Shown: positions 60,508-64,000 of the stretch, one piece after another
How the letters are laid out: each line of letters starts with the position of its first letter
Numbering within the stretch: position 1 is the stretch's first letter
NCBI GenBank assembly: GCA_026026165.1
Contig: JAPEUD010000012.1
Coordinates: forward strand, 124,001-188,000
DNA from: Sarea resinae
Lineage: Eukaryota
Length of the DNA stretch: 64,000 bases
Reading direction: 5' to 3'
Notes under the pieces: generated by a model
What the model was told of the DNA's origin: nothing
The model's database searches: none
The model's input: the letters and a program-made list of their open reading frames with translations, nothing else
Program-made: the position numbers and the translations under genes

Positions 60508-62754
60508 GGGCAGCTAGCTGAGCATGCCAGCGGCCTCGAATGATGATTTAGTTCGGGTGCATCCTTTGCGCAATCCAGACTGTAGAGTAGAATCTGACTC
60601 TTTAGTCTCGAGTGGTTGTTGAGAGATGTTGGCCAGCAGGAAGCGTACGCGTACTTGATGCCTGGGATCCCCAGACCAAGCCGTGCTCGCCGACCGAATT
60701 CTCAGGATTATGGCACGGATCAAGGTCATAGTATGTAGAAGGCATCGACAGAAGCAGCTGCTGGAGTAGCGCCTGTGACTCTTTGCAACCAAAAAGTGCA
60801 ATGCCAAAGGTAAGGTACCATTGCTGTACGAAGCAGATATGCATGCACCGCCTTGGTTCTTCTTCGTCTTCTTCTTGATCGGGAACTAATAGCGGACGAT
60901 CGGCCCGTCTATTCTTTCCTCGACCCCCACACGTGCCTATCTGCCCGTCCCAGGGTTGACAGCGGCAGCCAGTGGGAGGCCGAGACATCGAACGACCGCA
61001 GCTGGAGGTAAGACGACCCAGAGACAGGCTGAAACAACTCTCGAGTAATCTCGATATCCACGGCCCCTTGATACTGAGAAGGAAAATGCAGTTTCAACGG
61101 GAGGTTATTGGTCCGATGGTACCGGGACACATGCAGGCCGTGCCGTCAAGTATCTGAACATTCGAATGGCGCCCCGGGGAAGAGGTCCCGGCTGCGCCAT
61201 CACTGTTGCCGGTCCGCCCACCGGACCAGGTTCGCTAGCAACAACATGGATTGGTTCATTTGATGGGCGGCACGGGGCTGCGGGAAGCAGCGTAGTGCGA
61301 TCGGTGAAGATCTTAATATCAAAAACACTCAAAATTAGCTTGATTCCCGCCAGCTGAGCCCGCCAGCTGAGACGCATGATAAGGCAAGATATCGCAAGTA
61401 AGAGTGAAGAGATCAAATCAAGCGCCAGCACATCGATAATGGGGTGATTATTGATAGGGTACAGTGCTGTAGCCAGTAAATACCGGCGTAGGTCCCGTTC
61501 CTGCGAGATTGCGAGTTCGCATCATCGACGAGATCGATCATATCGCATTTTCCTCAGATTGCGGGCTGATGAATCATATGAGCAGGCTGTATCCTTACCA
61601 TTATACACCATCGATCAATAGTATGACGATCGTCTGTGATGTTTCTCGGTGATGCTGTCCAATGGGCTTCGGACCGTGGTGTTCATTGATGTAGCAGAAT
61701 GAAGAGATTCATCGGGCTGTAATGATGAGAAAATAAAGGATACCTGGCAGAGAGAGTGAGAGAAATCGAGGAACGCGTCACCATGAGTCGATGAGATGAT
61801 GTTACTTGTCTTGACCATTCCCAGCTCTCCATCGCATATCAACCTGACTCCTAAAAACCTACGCCAGTCCTGTGTGGCCGCCGATCATGAGTACGATCTT
61901 CTTCTCGTTCTCGTTCGAAGCTCCAGGCATGGCGAATGATTTCCCGGAGGAGGCGTGCTTGGTTTTGTTGTTGCCGTTTATAGTCTATCTCGGCATCGAA
62001 TATAGTTTCCATGATCTGATGTTCCTACCCTTTCGATCGATCTCATATGCCCGACTCAAGCATTTACATATACTCAAGCTCCTGTCCAGAGTTCTCTAGA
62101 GCAAAGGAATATTTACACAATGCTGTGCCTCCAGCTTCATCTGTTAGAGACCTTTGCTGGCCGAAAGTAGTCCGCACTCGAAAGGTCTACGATCTTAATT
62201 GGAGATGAAGGCATATCGGACCTTACGGATTCTTAAACCCACATCATGCCCGATTGCGCAAAGGAGTCATCCATTCTGCTTTCATTGATCGTTCTATTAC
62301 TGGCATTGATGCCATTGTGATACATCAAAACGTGTCTGGTTTACGACATTTGATCATGCCAGAGACGGGAAAACCAGACCGTAACGATATAAACACCGCG
62401 CGGGAGCCAGATTTTCCAGTAAGAGAAACGATAGAGAGGTAGGTACATGATTCGTGTATCGAGCGAATCGCAGCATTCACTCGCATAAAGTTGCATATTG
62501 CAGACGGGACGAAATCAAGCCATCAGCCACTGCGTGAACGAAGTGAACGCAAACCCGTGCTTCATATAGACCTTACTCAAGACTGGGGATCTTACACGCT
62601 GATATCAGAATTCATAAATAAGATTATACAAGTATATTGCGTGCCTGGGTCTACCCGCGCTGTGATTTCCCTCTACATAGGCATCCGCCCCGCTCGACTT
62701 CGCAGCCTGCCGTCCTGCCGCAGCCCCCTTCGCCCCTAGAGTTTCTCGCGACCC

Positions 62755-64000
62755 TCACGGCTTGACCTCACGGTTAATCTTGAACGCCCTTGATCCATCC
62801 CTCCTCGACATCTGACCCAGCGCAGACAGATCCTGCCATGCTTCGGGATAGGTCTTCAGTCCCCATTCCTCAACGAGATCTTTCTGATTCTGGCCAGGGA
62901 TGGCGTTGTAGAACGTGCCGAGCCTATTGGGTGGTGGATGGAGTATCAGTAAAATGAAAGGAGAAAATTTTAAGGGAAGAATTCGGGCGGGAAGAAACTT
63001 ACACCAAAGCATCAGGTTTATATCCAATATCTTTCTCCATGCCATCAATCGTTTTGATGACTTCATCGTAGAGAGACTGTCCTGCCAGAGCCCCAACGTA
63101 AGCAGCAAACGTTTCTGTATTGACTTCAATTTCCAGTGTTCGAAGTCGCTGCCAGATAGCCCTGGCCTGCTTATCTCCAAATGGCGCTGCCTCACACGCA
63201 CGAAACGCAATCTGGATGCTACTATAGGTTGGCCCCTCCCGGGACTTGGTGATGTCATCCCAGTAGTCCAGACTCCTCCTCGGCATCTCGCACGCCGTGT
63301 AACCCAACATTAGAGCGTTGTAAAGTCGTGTGTTGGGCTCAATGTCCATGTCCAGCTTCAGCATGTTGTGCACTGTTTCCAGTCCTTCCAGATCCGCGGC
63401 GCGCGCTATGCCCTCGAGACACTGGACATAAGTGTCGAGCGTTGGCCGCCATTCAGGCCGTTGTGATTGGCGCATGTGCCCGAAGACATGGACGGCCATG
63501 TCTGAACGACCACGGGCGAAGAATTCCCGCATCACATGTGTGCGAGTCTCAACGGGCGTTTCGGCAAAGATGTGACGGAAGATGGTGTAAGCTTCCCATA
63601 TTAGAGCGGTCGAGTTCGAGCGGTCAAGGCAGAAGGACACGAAGACGTCGCAGACACGAGCACGCTGGTTCATGGAGTAGTGGAAAGTGTGGGCTTGTAG
63701 GAGGTCGATGACGTCGTCGAATTCTTCTCGCCGTAAGTGGAGTTGGCAAAGAGCGCATAGTGTATCAGGCTCCAGCCTCGCTTTCCGCTCATTGAGATCC
63801 TCAACTAAATCCATGATGGCGTTGTGGTCGACGCGGCGCATGCCGCACATAGCTGTGATGAGCTTATTGAGCACTGGGATGTCTTCGCCTGCTTCAATCT
63901 CTTCGGCTTGGAGGTTGCGATAGGCGGTTCTGGCGCCGTCGATATCGCCGACGGATATTCGGTAGTCCATCTGCAGGATGTAGGTTCGGCCATTTGGCTG
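62755..64000 (-). CDS. Mitochondrial PPR/TPR-repeat protein resembling complex I intermediate-associated protein CIA84; 5' end outside the window
   Basis: PPR-like repeats (TYVQCLEGIAR, LYNALMLGYTAC, TFAAYVGALAG), SREGPTYSSI; intron 62924-63002 (GTAAGT..TAG) leads to last exon LGTFYNAIP...EVKP*. Confidence 0.75.

Noticed and set aside
43793..64000. Complex I gene cluster (NDUFV2 and CIA84-like)
   Set aside because: 18 kb apart with unrelated genes between; chance is sufficient.
1..64000. tRNA, rRNA, intact transposon or secondary-metabolite cluster
   Set aside because: No cloverleaf or A/B boxes, rRNA motifs, DDE/RT ORFs or PKS/NRPS motifs seen by eye; tRNAscan-SE, Infernal and RepeatMasker would be needed to exclude small elements.

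Overview
Eukaryotic, intron-containing genomic DNA from a filamentous ascomycete (Pezizomycotina; short GT..AG introns with CTAAC/CTGAC branch sites; genus not determinable). About 20 protein-coding loci: flotillin (partial), a PTR2-type peptide transporter, a secreted App1-like phosphatase, a yellow/MRJP protein, ribosomal proteins eL42, eL30 and uL16, the DEAH splicing helicase Prp2/DHX16, two F-box-like proteins, the complex I 24-kDa subunit, IMP3, an MFS permease, a DUF3824-type protein, a CIA84-like PPR protein (partial) and several hypothetical proteins. Intergenic DNA is rich in microsatellites. I found no CRISPR array, rRNA, tRNA, intact transposon or biosynthetic cluster. The best candidate for a hidden system is a base-for-base canonical kink-turn hairpin in intron 2 of RPL30, just upstream of the branch point, suggesting eL30 autoregulates its own splicing at a site different from the budding-yeast one. 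Other leads: a shared AGCCCTA motif upstream of all three ribosomal protein genes, a frameshifted transposase-like HTH/AT-hook gene, a dense GTAC/TACTCCGGAGTA palindrome cluster, and a decayed, possibly NACHT-type relic. Gene models were spliced by eye and family assignments come from motif recognition, not database searches.
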